Below are positions 9,328 to 20,965 of a stretch of 64,000 bases of DNA, piece after piece. The position numbers were made by a program, and so were the translations under genes. Under the pieces are notes generated by a model. The model was not told the origin of the DNA and ran no database searches. It saw only the letters and a program-made list of their open reading frames with translations. Source of the stretch: Candidatus Parcubacteria bacterium. GTDB lineage: Bacteria; Patescibacteriota; Minisyncoccia; Phycocordibacterales; JAKAEA01. Numbering within the stretch: position 1 is the first letter of the stretch; each line of letters begins with the position of its first letter. The stretch spans positions 64,250-128,249 of the forward strand of contig CAWDXL010000002.1 in assembly GCA_963806325.1 (NCBI GenBank), written 5' to 3'.

Positions 9328-9474
9328 GATTTTTAAATGATGGCTAGATTAGTGCGTAGTATAGCATATATGCTATACATATTCTAGGGCTTGCAAACTT
9401 GGTCTGTTGATAACTCTGTGCTGCGAAATATGTAATTTGTAAAAATCTGAAAAATATATATTATTGGGGAACCT

Positions 9475-10487
9475 ATGAGTATTTTTTCAAAGAAACTCGG
9501 CATTGATCTTGGCACCTCCAACACGCTCGTATTTGTACCCGGGAGGGGAATTGTGCTCAATGAGCCTTCGGTGGTGGCGGTATCGGAGCAGGACAATAAA
9601 ATTCTCGCCGTCGGCCTTGAAGCGAAAGCAATGATTGGCAGGACTCCCGACAATATTATTGCCTACCGTCCGATGAAAGACGGTGTCATTGCCGACTATC
9701 GCGTCACTGAGGCAATGCTTCGATACTATATAAATAAATCACTCGGCAAATGGAATATTACGCGGCCTGATGTCATGGTGTCGGTGCCTGCAGGCGTCAC
9801 ATCGACGGAGCGGCGAGCGGTAATTGAAGCAGCGATAAAAGCCGGAGCGCGAAATGCGTATGTGGTCAAAGAGCCGATCCTTGCGGCAATTGGCGCAGGC
9901 ATCTCCATTCAGGAGCCGATTGGCAGAATGATCGTCGATATCGGCGGAGGCACGACCGACGTGGCAGTGATTTCTCTGGGTGGAATTGTGGCCTGCACAT
10001 CAGTGAAGGTGGCTGGCAATAAAATAGATACCGCTATTATTGATTACGTAAAAAAGACATTCAATCTTTCGATTGGTGACAAGACCGCGGAAGATATTAA
10101 GATGCAGATTGGTTCTGCAATACCACTCGAAGAAGAACTTGCGATGATGGTTAAAGGCCGTGATTATATTACCGGCTTGCCGCGCTCCGTTGAAATCAAA
10201 ACGAATGAAATCGTCAAATGTCTTTCAAAAGAATTGCGGGAGATGGTCAACGCTATCAAGACCGTGCTTCAGGATACTCCGCCCGAGCTCGCGGCAGACA
10301 TTATTGATCAGGGGATTACGATGACCGGCGGTCGTCACAGCTCCGCAATTTACCCGAGCTTGTCTTTCGGCGCACCGGTGTGAAAGCTCAGCTTGCCGAC
10401 GATGCGCTCTACTGCGTGGCAAAAGGCACCGGCGTTGCCCTCGAGCATTTGGATACATATAAGAAGAGTATTATTACAAAAAGATAG
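9475..10487 (+). CDS. mreB: Rod-shape protein MreB (copy 1); one frameshift near 10328
   Basis: LGIDLGTSNTLV...DIGGGTTDVAV. The C-terminus SSQLRNLPELVFRRTGVKAQLADDALYCVAKGTGVALE continues in another frame to TAG 10485-10487. Confidence 0.85.
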
Positions 10488-10503
10488 TTCAGGAATATTT
10501 TTG

Positions 10504-11237
10504 ATGAAAATTATTTCCTTAAACATTTGGGGAGGAAACAAAAAAGAAGCGTTGCTGGACTTTTTTAAGAAATATTCTATATCAACAGATATTTTTTGCC
10601 TGCAGGAAGTCCTTGATAACGCTAAGACTGAGAGACTGATATATAAAGATGAGAATATGAATATCTTCAATGATATTCAACACATGTTGCCGGATTTTAA
10701 AGGGCACTTTCATGCAAGTGAGGGGAAAGAGAAGGACTCGCCTTTTTTGTAAAAAATAACATTGTTATCGAAAATATAGGAGATATATTTGTTCATCGCT
10801 GGAAAAACGCGATGGAAAATAATGACGGAAGAACTTCGGGAAGAAATTTGCAATATGTTTCAGTTCTCTATAATAGAGAGAAATACCTAATTAGTAATTT
10901 TCACGGATTATGGAATGCCGTCGATAAGCTTGATTCTGACGATAGAATACAGCAGTCACAAAAAATAAAAGATTTTATTGGAAAAAGAAAAGAGCAGCAT
11001 AAGATTATTATGGGTGATTTCAATCTTGCTCCTGCTACGAAAAGCATCGGCATGCTTGAGTGTGATATGAGAAATCTTATCAAAGAGTATGAAATAAAAT
11101 CTACACGAACCAGTTTTTACACAAAGTCTGAAAAATTTGCGGATTATGCTTTTGTGTCACCAGAAATAAACGTGAAGGATTTTAAAGTGTTGCCTGAGGA
11201 AGTCTCCGACCACTCAGCACTTTTGCTTGAAATTTAA
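10504..11237 (+). CDS. Endonuclease/exonuclease/phosphatase (EEP) family protein; frameshift near 10735
   Basis: MKIISLNIWGG... and ...IMGDFNLAP...SDHSALLLEI are spread across two frames. Confidence 0.7.
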
Positions 11238-11241
11238 TAAA

Positions 11242-11279
11242 GGCCTCGCTCATCCTATGGATCAAGCGGGGCCTTTTTT
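11242..11279 (+). terminator. Rho-independent terminator
   Basis: ggcctcgct pairs with agcggggcc (one G-U pair), followed by tttttt. Confidence 0.6.
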
Positions 11280-11300
11280 CTTCCTAAACATCCTTTTTCC

Positions 11301-11688
11301 TTACTTGTACTGCAGACCTTCACCAGCCATGTCATCCCAGACTCTCGTGCGCTCGGCTGGCGGCGGAGTGATGATGTGAACGCAATCGGCGGGAAAGAAA
11401 AATATTTTCCTCGTTCTATAAGCTCTTCGGCGTTCAGTTCTTTGATGGCGCGTACCGATTTTTCAAATAGTACAATGAGAGCTAATTGCACAAGGCACGT
11501 ATAGCCGTCGCAATCAGCAATGCTCTCGCGTCCGCTCGCGGCACCCAAAATTCTAGCGCCTTTTTTACAGAAGCCGGAGCAAGGAAGTTCTGTTCCGACC
11601 GAATGTTTCCCGCAATTCATCCTACCACTCGCCGGGAGGGGTCTTGATGATTTGCATCCAACCATATTCTTCAGCCATGATGTGCTCC
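11301..11688 (-). pseudogene. Cys-rich hypothetical protein, apparently with two frameshifts
   Basis: The N-terminus MAEEYGWMQIIKTPPGEW and the C-terminus FFPADCVHIITPPPAERTRVWDDMAGEGLQYK* share one frame. The middle part, CGKHSVGTELPCSGFC...DCDGYTC...AIKELNAEELIERGKYF, is in another frame. Confidence 0.35.
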
Positions 11689-11763
11689 TTGGTAAAAGTT
11701 CTAAGACAAGTATATGCCACATTTACCGCTCTGTTAAGAGAATAATGTATACTATAATTTATT

Positions 11764-12429
11764 ATGGACGTACTCATCGAAACCTACGGCAAAGGCAAAA
11801 ATCTGCACCATGCCTATATTATAGAAGGCGAGCGGGAAGCTGTGCGGGCGCAGCTTTTTGACTTTATAGAACACAATCTTGAATATGCCACGCAGGGCAA
11901 TCCAGATTTTTTCCACGGGAGCTACGAAAGTTTTTCGATCGACGATGCCCGCAAGCTTCGCGATATGCAAAACACGAAAGCCATATCCGGAGATCGGAGA
12001 ATTTGCGTAATCGAATTGCTCACGATGACTGTTGAGGCTCAAAATTCTCTGCTCAAGGTTTTTGAAGAACCAAATCCCGGCACGCACTTTTTCATCATTA
12101 CGTCGACAGCGGAAATTTTTCTGCCAACCTTGCTTTCGCGTATGGTTGTCATTAAAAATGATTCAGGACAATTGATAGCAGGAAATGACGCGAAAGCTTT
12201 TGTTAAAAAAACTATTCCTGAACGTCTGAGCTTTGTCGCTGAAATTATAGAAGAAAAAGATAAAGCAAGAGCAATAACGCTCGTTAATGATGTGATCAAA
12301 ACTCTTCATGATAATGACAAAATCGATGCTGTTGTTTTGGAAGAGTTGCTTCGTGTGCGGGAGTATCTTTCCGACCGATCGCCGTCGCTCAAGCTTTTGC
12401 TCGAGCACGTAGCGCTTATCGTGCCGTAA
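11764..12429 (+). CDS. holB: DNA polymerase III delta' subunit
   Basis: 221 aa with HAYIIEG, AQNSLLKVFEEP and LPTLLSR. Confidence 0.8.
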   Translation: MDVLIETYGKGKNLHHAYIIEGEREAVRAQLFDFIEHNLEYATQGNPDFFHGSYESFSIDDARKLRDMQNTKAISGDRRICVIELLTMTVEAQNSLLKVFEEPNPGTHFFIITSTAEIFLPTLLSRMVVIKNDSGQLIAGNDAKAFVKKTIPERLSFVAEIIEEKDKARAITLVNDVIKTLHDNDKIDAVVLEELLRVREYLSDRSPSLKLLLEHVALIVP

Positions 12430-12489
12430 TATCCAGTATTATTTCAAATTATCTGCTATACTTAGCTCCATATAATTAAATTCCAAAGC

Positions 12490-13041
12490 ATGATATACGA
12501 TTTTTCAGGATTCAAAAAGAAAGTAAAGGATACCGAGGAATGGCTCAAAAAAGAGGAACAGCAGATCCGCACAGGCCGCGCGACGCCCGCATTGCTCGAT
12601 AATGTTATGGTAGATGCGTACGGCGTACAGACTCCTATTTCACAGATGGGCTCGATAAGTGCTGAAGATCCGCGCACGCTCCGCGTGACTCTTTGGGATC
12701 AGAGCCAAATAAAAAATGCTGAGAAAGCTATCGGTGCCGCAAATCTTGGCGTGTCGGTAGCAGTAGATGAAAAAGGCATCAGAGTTTCTTTTCCCGAATT
12801 AACAAGCGAGCGCCGCACGGCAGTGTTGAAAATCGCTAAAGAGCGTCTTGAGCAGGCCCGAGTAACTCTGCGAAAGCTCCGTGATGAAGCATGGACTGAT
12901 ATTCAATCAAAAGAAGAAGAGGGCGGTATGAGCGAAGATGAAAAATTCAGATTCAAGAGTGAAATGGAAAAGATTATCCAGGAAGCAGGCAAAACCCTCG
13001 ATGATCTGCATGCTCGGAAGGAAAAGGAAATAATGAGCTAA
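12490..13041 (+). CDS. frr: Ribosome recycling factor
   Basis: 183 aa with the RRF pattern (IRTGRATPALLDNV...SERR...IRKLRDEA). Confidence 0.9.
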   Translation: MIYDFSGFKKKVKDTEEWLKKEEQQIRTGRATPALLDNVMVDAYGVQTPISQMGSISAEDPRTLRVTLWDQSQIKNAEKAIGAANLGVSVAVDEKGIRVSFPELTSERRTAVLKIAKERLEQARVTLRKLRDEAWTDIQSKEEEGGMSEDEKFRFKSEMEKIIQEAGKTLDDLHARKEKEIMS

Positions 13042-13047
13042 AACATA

Positions 13048-14145
13048 ATGAGTATAATTATTTTTCTCGTCATTCTTGCACTTCTCGTCTTAGTGCACGA
13101 ATTCGGTCATTTTATTACCGCAAAGCTGTCCGGCATACGGGTGGATGAATTTGGCCTAGGTTTTCCTCCTCGGGCTGTTGGTATCAAAAAAGGTGGGACG
13201 ATTTATTCTTTAAACTGGATTCCATTTGGAGGTTTCGTGAGGATTTTCGGCGAAACTCCTGATGAAGCTTCTATTGACGGACCCGATAAAGAAAAAAGCT
13301 TCTTCAACAAACCTAAAAGCATTCAGGCACTCGTTCTGGTTGCTGGAATTGTGTTCAATATTCTTTTCGCATGGCTGCTCATTTCTATTGGTTTTATGAT
13401 CGGCATGCCGGCGCCCGAAGGCTATTCTGCATCAATGCCGGTGACGAATCCAAAAGTTACAGTGATTGACGTTACAAAAAATACTCCGGCGAGTGAAGCG
13501 GGGCTCATACAGGGTGATGTGATCATTCATCTTCAGGCGGCGGCGAGCAGCGAAAACGTGCAAAAGGTCACCGATGTTCAGGATTTTGTCGCCGCACACT
13601 CAAATCAGTCAGTCACGTTGACATACATACGAGGTGGACAGCAAAAAAATGCGGCAGTTACTCCTGAGCTCGGAGAAGTACCGGGCCGTGCCACTATCGG
13701 TGTTACCCTCGAAGATCTCGGTATTCTCAAACTCAACTTTTTCCAGTCGGTATGGGAAGGAATGAAGCTCACGGCGTATCTTGTACAAGAAACAGTTGTT
13801 AGTATTTCGCTGTTTATTTATCAGGCAGTCACCGGCCGTGCCAGTCTTTCAGAGGTAACGGGGCCTGTCGGTATTGCGGGAGCAGTGGGCAGTGCCGCAA
13901 GTCTTGGTTTTGTGTATCTTCTCTCGTTTACTGCGCTCATTTCGATAAATCTCGCGGTCATCAATCTTATTCCGTTCCCGGCGCTTGATGGCGGCCGGCT
14001 TCTTATGACGCTCATTGAAAAAATAAAAGGCTCGCCGATTAATCGACAGTATGCCAACATTGTAAATTTTGTCGGCTTCATAATTCTTATCGGCTTCATG
14101 CTCGTGGTGACATATCACGACATTCTCAATCTTATTCATCACTAG
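13048..14145 (+). CDS. rseP: RIP metalloprotease RseP (site-2 protease)
   Basis: HEFGH motif, a PDZ-like middle region and C-terminal LPFPALDGG. Confidence 0.9.
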   Translation: MSIIIFLVILALLVLVHEFGHFITAKLSGIRVDEFGLGFPPRAVGIKKGGTIYSLNWIPFGGFVRIFGETPDEASIDGPDKEKSFFNKPKSIQALVLVAGIVFNILFAWLLISIGFMIGMPAPEGYSASMPVTNPKVTVIDVTKNTPASEAGLIQGDVIIHLQAAASSENVQKVTDVQDFVAAHSNQSVTLTYIRGGQQKNAAVTPELGEVPGRATIGVTLEDLGILKLNFFQSVWEGMKLTAYLVQETVVSISLFIYQAVTGRASLSEVTGPVGIAGAVGSAASLGFVYLLSFTALISINLAVINLIPFPALDGGRLLMTLIEKIKGSPINRQYANIVNFVGFIILIGFMLVVTYHDILNLIHH

Positions 14146-14151
14146 CGAGTG

Positions 14152-14385
14152 TTACTTACCAAACGTGGCAGTTTTTAGAAGTCTTACATCGTCTTCAAGA
14201 TTGGCGATGCGATTTTCGTGGTTGTGAAAAAGGATTTTTTCTACGGTATCAAAACGCTTGTCTATTTTTGTTTCAAGATTATTTATTTTGTCATCCAGTT
14301 TATTTTCCAGATGTGTAAAACAGTTACTCGTAATTTGAGCCAAGTCCTCAATAGTCATTTTCTTGATGTTCTTAGATTTCGCCAT
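14152..14385 (-). CDS. Hypothetical coiled-coil protein
   Basis: A 77-aa ORF with heptad-like sequence. It fills the gap between rseP and proS. Confidence 0.4.
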   Translation of the reverse strand: MAKSKNIKKMTIEDLAQITSNCFTHLENKLDDKINNLETKIDKRFDTVEKILFHNHENRIANLEDDVRLLKTATFGK

Positions 14386-14529
14386 AATTTCAACAATTAT
14401 ATTGCTAATGGATTTATTCTACAAGCTCAACATGAAATTTCCCTGAAGTTTATATAGAAAAACGGCGGACTCATCATTTTATTTCGTAATTTTGACCCGC
14501 ATCCTTTTTTTCCTGTACTATTGCAAGAC

Positions 14530-15788
14530 ATGAAGCAGTCTCAACTTTTTACAAAAACCCGCCGGGAAGCGCCAAAAGATGAGGTGTCAAAGAATGCCGA
14601 GCTTCTCATTCGGGCAGGATTTATTCATAAAGAAATGGCGGGCGTGTATGCGTATCTGCCGCTTGGCCTGCGGGTTCTCAATAATATTATTTCCATCATT
14701 CGCGACGAGATGAATAAGATTGGAGGACAGGAAGTTTCGCTTACCGCGCTTCAGGATAAAACGATATGGGAAAAAACAGGGCGATGGTCCGATGATGTTG
14801 TCGACGTGTGGTTTAAAACTAAGCTTAAAAATGATACTGATCTCGGCCTCGGTTTTACACATGAAGAAATGCTAACGTCACTTATGACTGACTATATAAA
14901 CTCCTATCGCGATTTACCATCGTACATTTATCAATTTCAAACAAAATTTCGAAATGAAACTCGGGCAAAAAGTGGTATTATGCGTAGCCGCGAGTTTATT
15001 ATGAAAGATCTCTATTCTTTTTCTCGGAATGAACAAGAGCATCACGAATTTTATGAAAAAGCTAAGCAGGCGTATGTAAATATTTTTAAGCGCGCAGGAT
15101 TGGGTGACAATACGTACGTTACGTTTGCTTCAGGAGGTACATTCTCAAAATATTCTCACGAATTTCAGACGGTGACCGACGCAGGAGAGGATGTTATTTT
15201 TGTGCACAAAGAAAAAAATATTGCTATCAATAAGGAGGTCTTGAATGATGAGACGTTAAAAAATCTTGATATCAAAAAAGAAGACCTGGTTGAGAAAAAA
15301 GCAGTTGAAGTGGGAAATATTTTCAGCTTAGGCACAAAATTTTCTGATGCGTTTGATTTGGCCTATCTTAATGAAACCGGTGAGAAGAAGTCTGTGATCA
15401 TGGGAAGCTATGGTATTGGGCCTGGAAGAGTGATGGGTACCATTGTTGAAACATTGTCTGATGAAAAGGGGATTGTCTGGCCGGAGGCGGTGGCGCCGTT
15501 TGCTGCTCATCTTATTTATATTCCCGGCAAAAATCCTGAAGTGAAAAAGCAGGCTGATGCATTGTATCAACTTTGTCTCAAAAAAATATCGAAGTGTTGT
15601 ACGATGATTGGGATATCCGCGCGGGAGAAAAATTTGCCGATTCCGATTTGATCGGCATTCCGCACCGGATAATTGTCAGTGATAAGACTGTGGGAGCCGG
15701 AGAGGGAATGGTTGAGTATAAAAATAGAAAAACAGGCGAGACTAAAATAATCGCTGCAGCAGAGGTTGAAAAGCTTTTGAAAAAATAG
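14530..15788 (+). CDS. proS: Prolyl-tRNA synthetase; frameshift near 15570
   Basis: Class II ProRS N-terminus (QSQLFTKTRREAPKDEVSKNAELLIRAGF). The anticodon-binding C-terminus (NIEVLYDDWDIRAGEKFADSDLIGIP) is in another frame. Confidence 0.85.
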
Positions 15789-15824
15789 AAGATTGCAACG
15801 CGGGAGGCTGACAGGAATGGGAGA

Positions 15825-16913
15825 ATGTGTAGTATGAGCCAGATAGATATGATAAAAAAACTCAGAACTAAATTTAACACTGTATTTTCAAACGACATCG
15901 GCATTGATCTTGGCACAGCCAATACGCTTGTGTATCTTCGGGGCCGCGGCATCATTATCAATGAGCCGTCGGTTGTGGCTATGAACCAGAAGACGGGTAC
16001 GGTTGTAGCGGTTGGCGGCCAGGCGAAAGACATGCTTGGCAGAACGCCCCAGCATATTGTCGCTGTACGGCCTCTTGTTGCGGGAGTTATTTCAGATTTT
16101 GAAGTGACTGAAGAAATGATTACGTATCTTTTGCGCAAAGCTCAGAAAGATCACAAGAAATTTTTGGGTCCAAGAGTGGTCGTCGGGTACCGTCCGGCAT
16201 TACCAACGTGGAGACTCGAGCCGTGCGCGATGCGACGCGCAATGCGGGCGCGCGCGAAGTATACATTGTCGAAGAGCCGATGGCGGCGGCGCTTGGTGTG
16301 CGATTGCCGGTCATGGATCCTGTCGGCACCATGATTATGGATATTGGCGGCGGTACGACCGATATCGCGGTGATTTCTCTTGGCGGCGTTGTTGTTTCAA
16401 AAAATCTCAAGGTTGCAGGCGACAAACTGAATAGTGATATCATGTCGTATATTCGCAGCGAATTTAAAATTCTCGTCGGCGAAAAAACTGCAGAATATAT
16501 AAAAATTTCAATCGGTGCGGCAATGGCATCAGATGCTCCAATGGAGGAAGTGATCAAAGGCCGCGATCTTGTGACGGGATTGCCAAAAGAAGTGGTTATC
16601 ACCGATTCCGATATCCGCGAAGCAACCCGCCAATCTATTGAATCTCTTCTTGAATCAGCCAAAGAAGTGCTCGAGACGACGCCGCCGGAAATCATTTCCG
16701 ATGTTATGAATCGCGGTATTTATATGACGGGCGGCGGTGCTCTGATAAGAGATCTCAATAGCATGCTTGCCGATTATTTAAAGATTCCCGTTCATGTTGT
16801 GGAAGACCCTCTTACGGCGGTTGCGGCGCGGTACGGGCGTTATTCTTGAAAATTTGCCGAAATATTACGAAATTTTGATTCATCATGATGAAGACATACC
16901 CCCAACGAGATAG
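15825..16913 (+). CDS. mreB: Rod-shape protein MreB (copy 2); frameshifts near 16190 and 16825
   Basis: IGIDLGTANTLVY / ETRAVRDATRNAGAREVYIVEEPMAAALG...DIGGGTTDIAV / C-terminal RGTGVILENLPKYYEIL are spread over frames. Confidence 0.8.
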
Positions 16914-17751
16914 CGCTCGTGTTCGAAAACAAAAACAAATATATTTTTTTAGCGTGGCTGCATGTGTGATCTTTATAATTCTCGCGAGTCTTTTCTTTCC
17001 TCATTTTCTGACACCTCTCGCAGACGATATTGGTACGCCAATGCTCCGTTCGCGAACAGCTATTGATGATATGGGAGCCGGATTCTGGGATGTGCTGCAC
17101 TGAAGCTTAGTCTTATTCAAGAAAACGACAGCTTGCGCGAGCAGCTCGCACTCACTGATGCTATAAAAGCTGAGCGGGATGCAGCTCTGGCACAAAATGC
17201 CACGCTTGAGGCGCTCTTCAATAGAAGTGAAGCGGGACATACAGGCATACTTGCTCGAATCTTAGCAAAGCCGGGGATTTTCTCCCTACGATACTATTAT
17301 TGTAGACGCAGGGAGCAATCAGGGCGTAGTGATGGGAAGCATCGCGGTTGCCGATCAGTCGGTGGTTGTCGGTGAAGTGTCGAGTGTGAACGCCGATACC
17401 TCAACAGTCATCCTCTATTCTTCACCCGATGAAAAAAATAATATTTTTATCGGTACAACCTCAGTGGAAACAACCGCAGTTGGGGAGGGCGGCGGAGTAT
17501 TTCAAATTAAACTTCCAAAAAATACCGCGGTCGCGCAAAATGACAGTATTTTTCTCGCTCAAGAACCTGATTATATACTGGGTGTTGTCGGATTGATCAA
17601 TGACACCTCTGCGGATTCGTTCGAAAATATTCTTTTTCGCAGTCCGGTAAATCTTGAAGAGATAACCTATCTCACGCTGGTGCCGATTGGAGCGCCGCCG
17701 TCAAAAACTATACAATCTCAAACTTATGAGACCATTCCGAATCATCGCTGA
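16885..17751 (+). CDS. mreC: Rod-shape protein MreC; frameshifts near 17097 and 17280
   Basis: An N-terminal TM, then LIQENDSLREQLAL, then SPYDTIIVDAGSNQGVVMGSIAVAD, lie in three frames. Confidence 0.7.
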
Positions 17752-17998
17752 TATTGTTGTTTTCGTATCTATTTTTTGGCTGCCCTGGCCCATTTTTATT
17801 GTGCTCGGATGTCTCTGTGTATTTCTTTTTGAAAATTACATTGAATTTGTTATTGCTGCCCTTATATTTGATTCGCTCTACAGCGTATCAACTGTTCATT
17901 TCATGCATATACAATTTCTTGCTACAATAATCGCGCTTGCTGTGCTCATTATTGCCGGCGGCATAAAAAAACAGCTTAGAGTTCATTTATATCTCTAA
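17726..17998 (+). CDS. mreD: Rod-shape protein MreD (putative)
   Basis: A small polytopic membrane ORF directly after mreC and before PBP2. Confidence 0.5.
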   Translation: MRPFRIIADIVVFVSIFWLPWPIFIVLGCLCVFLFENYIEFVIAALIFDSLYSVSTVHFMHIQFLATIIALAVLIIAGGIKKQLRVHLYL

Positions 17999-18006
17999 TA
18001 TAATCC

Positions 18007-19740
18007 GTGAATATTTTCGAATCCATAAAAAATCTTTTTAAAAAGAATAGCCGGCCGCGCCGAATATCCCGCGAGATAGATCCCGACGAGATTTTTATTG
18101 ATTCTGAAAATCTGCCTCAATTCAATAAATTTCAGTTTGAGGGCAGGCTTGAAAAACCAATATCACGCAGAGTAGTAGTAATTACCGGTATTGTATTCGT
18201 CTGTATCGGCTTGCTGTTCTCGTATAAAGTATGGAATCTCCAGATAAAGAATGGTGGTATATTCTCCAAGGAAAGCGAAAGCAATAGTTTGCACGATACG
18301 CTCGTATTTTCAGATCGCGGCGTTATTTACGATCGCAATCATGTGCTGCTCGCGTGGAATGAACCCAACCCTGTTGATAACGATTTTTCGCTGCGGCAGT
18401 ACGCGACCTCGACCGGTCTTGCCAATCTTGTGGGATATATAAAATACCCCTCGAAAGATAGCTCTGGTTTTTATTATCGCGAAGATTATATCGGTATGGA
18501 CGGTGTGGAAAAATTTTTTAATGACGATCTTCAGGGAACAAATGGCACAAAGATAACAGAAACTGATTCCACAAACCATATTATTTCAGAAAGCGTGATG
18601 AATCCGCCAAAAGCTGGTAGCGATCTTACGTTATCGATTGATTCACGTTTACAATCAGCGTTGTATGACAATATCGAAGCGCTTGCTACCAAAGTCGGCT
18701 TTTCCGGCGGAGCGGGAGTTATCATGAATGTGCACACGGGTGAAATTCTGACCGATGTTTCGTATCCTGAATATAATTCACAAATTATGACTGATGGCAC
18801 TAACACTGCTGCAATTAAAAATATTCTTGCGGATGCAAATCATCCACTCCTTGATAGAGTAGCGGATGGTCTCTATACTCCTGGGTCAATTGTTAAGCCG
18901 ATCATGGCTTTGGCTGCTCTTGATACTCACACAATTACAGCCGATAAAGTCTTGTACACCACTGGCTCAATCTCCGTTCAGAGTCCGTATGATCCGTCGG
19001 TGGTCTACGTCTATCACGATTGGCAAAACAACGGTGCGCTTGATATGGCTAAAGCTATTCAGGAATCATCCGACGCTTATTTTTATGAAGTTGGCGGCGG
19101 CTATCAGGATCAGCCGGGCATGGGCATCGCTAATATCGACAAATATGCCGCTCTGTTTGGATATGGAAAACCTGTCGGCGGTCCGGAAATTTTCGGAACG
19201 AAATCGGGTACCGTACCAAGCCCCGCGTGGAAAGCCTCAAATTTTAACGGCGAGCAATGGCTCCTTGGTGACACGTATCACTCCGTCATTGGCCAATATG
19301 GTTGGCAGGTGACGCCTATGCAAGTCGTGCGGGCAATTGCCGCAGTAGCTAATGACGGCACACTGCTCACGCCTACGCTGGTCAAAAGTGACAGTACGAG
19401 TGCATTGTCAACAGTAAAGAATATCAATCTTCCTCAAAGTGAATTTAATGTCGTTCATCAGGGTATGCGGCAATCAGCAACGCTCGGTACAGGTGCAGCG
19501 CTCAATGTAACCTACACAGACTTTGCGACCAAGACCGGTACGGCTCAGACAGGTACGCATAATCAGTCGTACAATTCGTGGATTGTTGGTTTTTGGCCGG
19601 AAGAACATCCTCAATACGCGTTTGCAATTATCATGGAGCATGGTCCTGCAGGCAGTCTTTTTGGTGCTCCATATGTGTCTCGGCAATTTTTTGATTGGGT
19701 GGATGCTCATGCACCGGAGTATTTTTCCAGCCCCCAATAA
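18007..19740 (+). CDS. mrdA: Penicillin-binding protein 2 (elongation transpeptidase)
   Basis: 577 aa with an N-terminal TM and an SxxK motif (GSIVKP). It lies in mreBCD synteny and uses a GTG start. Confidence 0.85.
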   Translation: MNIFESIKNLFKKNSRPRRISREIDPDEIFIDSENLPQFNKFQFEGRLEKPISRRVVVITGIVFVCIGLLFSYKVWNLQIKNGGIFSKESESNSLHDTLVFSDRGVIYDRNHVLLAWNEPNPVDNDFSLRQYATSTGLANLVGYIKYPSKDSSGFYYREDYIGMDGVEKFFNDDLQGTNGTKITETDSTNHIISESVMNPPKAGSDLTLSIDSRLQSALYDNIEALATKVGFSGGAGVIMNVHTGEILTDVSYPEYNSQIMTDGTNTAAIKNILADANHPLLDRVADGLYTPGSIVKPIMALAALDTHTITADKVLYTTGSISVQSPYDPSVVYVYHDWQNNGALDMAKAIQESSDAYFYEVGGGYQDQPGMGIANIDKYAALFGYGKPVGGPEIFGTKSGTVPSPAWKASNFNGEQWLLGDTYHSVIGQYGWQVTPMQVVRAIAAVANDGTLLTPTLVKSDSTSALSTVKNINLPQSEFNVVHQGMRQSATLGTGAALNVTYTDFATKTGTAQTGTHNQSYNSWIVGFWPEEHPQYAFAIIMEHGPAGSLFGAPYVSRQFFDWVDAHAPEYFSSPQ

Positions 19741-19867
19741 ATGATGCTGTGCACGGCTTGTGGAATCTTTCTAAAAAAGGTATACTGGCAACCAATTTAA
19801 ATTGGAAGAGCGAATATTTAAATTACGATAGAGCATTATACATAGTGAATTGAATAGGAAAATTATT

Positions 19868-20335
19868 ATGACCACCGAACAACACTATCTTACAAAAGAC
19901 AAGTACGCAGAGCTCACAAAAGAGTTTGAGCAATTGCGCACTACCGGGCGCAGAGAGGTGGCTGAAGAGCTTGAATATGCCAAGCAGCTTGGCGACCTTT
20001 CGGAAAATGCCGAATATCACCAGGCCCGCGAGCGTCAGGCACTTCTCGAGGATCGTATTGCAAAGCTTGAAAGCCTCTTAAAATCGGCTTCGATTGTTGA
20101 TGCTCGCCACAGCGACAGCGTTAACGTTGGTTCAGTTGTTGAACTTCAGAAGGAAGGAAAACCCGGCACTATTAAATATACAATTGTAGGTTCGGAAGAA
20201 GCTGATATGCTTGCCGGCAAGCTTTCCGTATCATCGCCGCTCGGTACGGCTCTCCGCGGCAAGAAAAAAGGCGAATCGTTTGCTTTGATGACTCCGGGCG
20301 GAAAAGTTGTCTACAAAGTAGTAAATATTGCGTAA
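19868..20335 (+). CDS. greA: Transcription elongation factor GreA
   Basis: LTKDKYAELTKEFEQL...ENAEYHQARE. ATG 19868 is preferred to the TTG at 19850. Confidence 0.9.
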   Translation: MTTEQHYLTKDKYAELTKEFEQLRTTGRREVAEELEYAKQLGDLSENAEYHQARERQALLEDRIAKLESLLKSASIVDARHSDSVNVGSVVELQKEGKPGTIKYTIVGSEEADMLAGKLSVSSPLGTALRGKKKGESFALMTPGGKVVYKVVNIA

Positions 20336-20353
20336 ACTATATACTCATTAGCA

Positions 20354-20395
20354 AGAAAACAGCTTTACAGAACAGTAAAGCTGTTTTCTTTTGTT
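20354..20395 (+). terminator. Rho-independent terminator after greA
   Basis: A 15-bp stem, agaaaacagctttac / gtaaagctgttttct, followed by a T-run. Confidence 0.7.
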
Positions 20396-20490
20396 GTACA
20401 CATGAGTAAAAAGTGGATAACCTCACTAGAAAATGGCGGCGGGTGGGATATAATGGTATGAAGTGGGGGGAAGTGGTAAATTCGAGAACT

Positions 20491-20924
20491 ATGCTTATAG
20501 GTGAATACACGCACACTATCGACGAGAAAAACCGGCTGTCATTGCCGGTGAAATTCCGAAAGGAAGTCGGTAAAAAAGTTATTGTGACGCATGGTCTCGA
20601 CAACTGTCTGTTTCTTTATCCACTCGGTGAATGGCAGAAGATCTCCAAAAGCTTGCAAGCCTCAGTATGGGTCAGGCAGACTCGCGCGGCTTCAATCGCT
20701 TTATGCTCGCAGGAGCAATGGAGGTGGATATTGACGCCGTCGGACGAATGCTTGTGCCCGAGCATCTTGCGATTTTCGCAGATCTCAAAGGCAAGGTAGT
20801 TGTGGCTGGCGTTCATAACAGGATTGAACTTTGGAATGACGGCCGGTGGGCCGATTACAAGAAGAAAATCCTGGCTGAAGCTGACAGTCTTGCGGAGAAG
20901 CTCGGTGAAGTTGGTGCATTTTAG
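20491..20924 (+). CDS. mraZ: Transcriptional regulator MraZ; frameshift near 20640
   Basis: MLIGEYTHTIDEKNRLSLP... then ...MLAGAMEVDIDAVGRMLVPEHL...HNRIELW are in two frames. Confidence 0.8.
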
Positions 20925-20965
20925 CGGGGGTACACTTTGTTTCTGAATATTCTGTTTGATGTTGT

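Noticed and set aside
15578-16695. Long antisense ORFs (15578..16138 and 16120..16695) and similar ORFs inside fmt, murA, priA, murF and terL.
   Set aside because: These are shadow ORFs opposite strongly conserved genes. Their composition is low-complexity or Arg/Ser-rich and no family pattern is visible.
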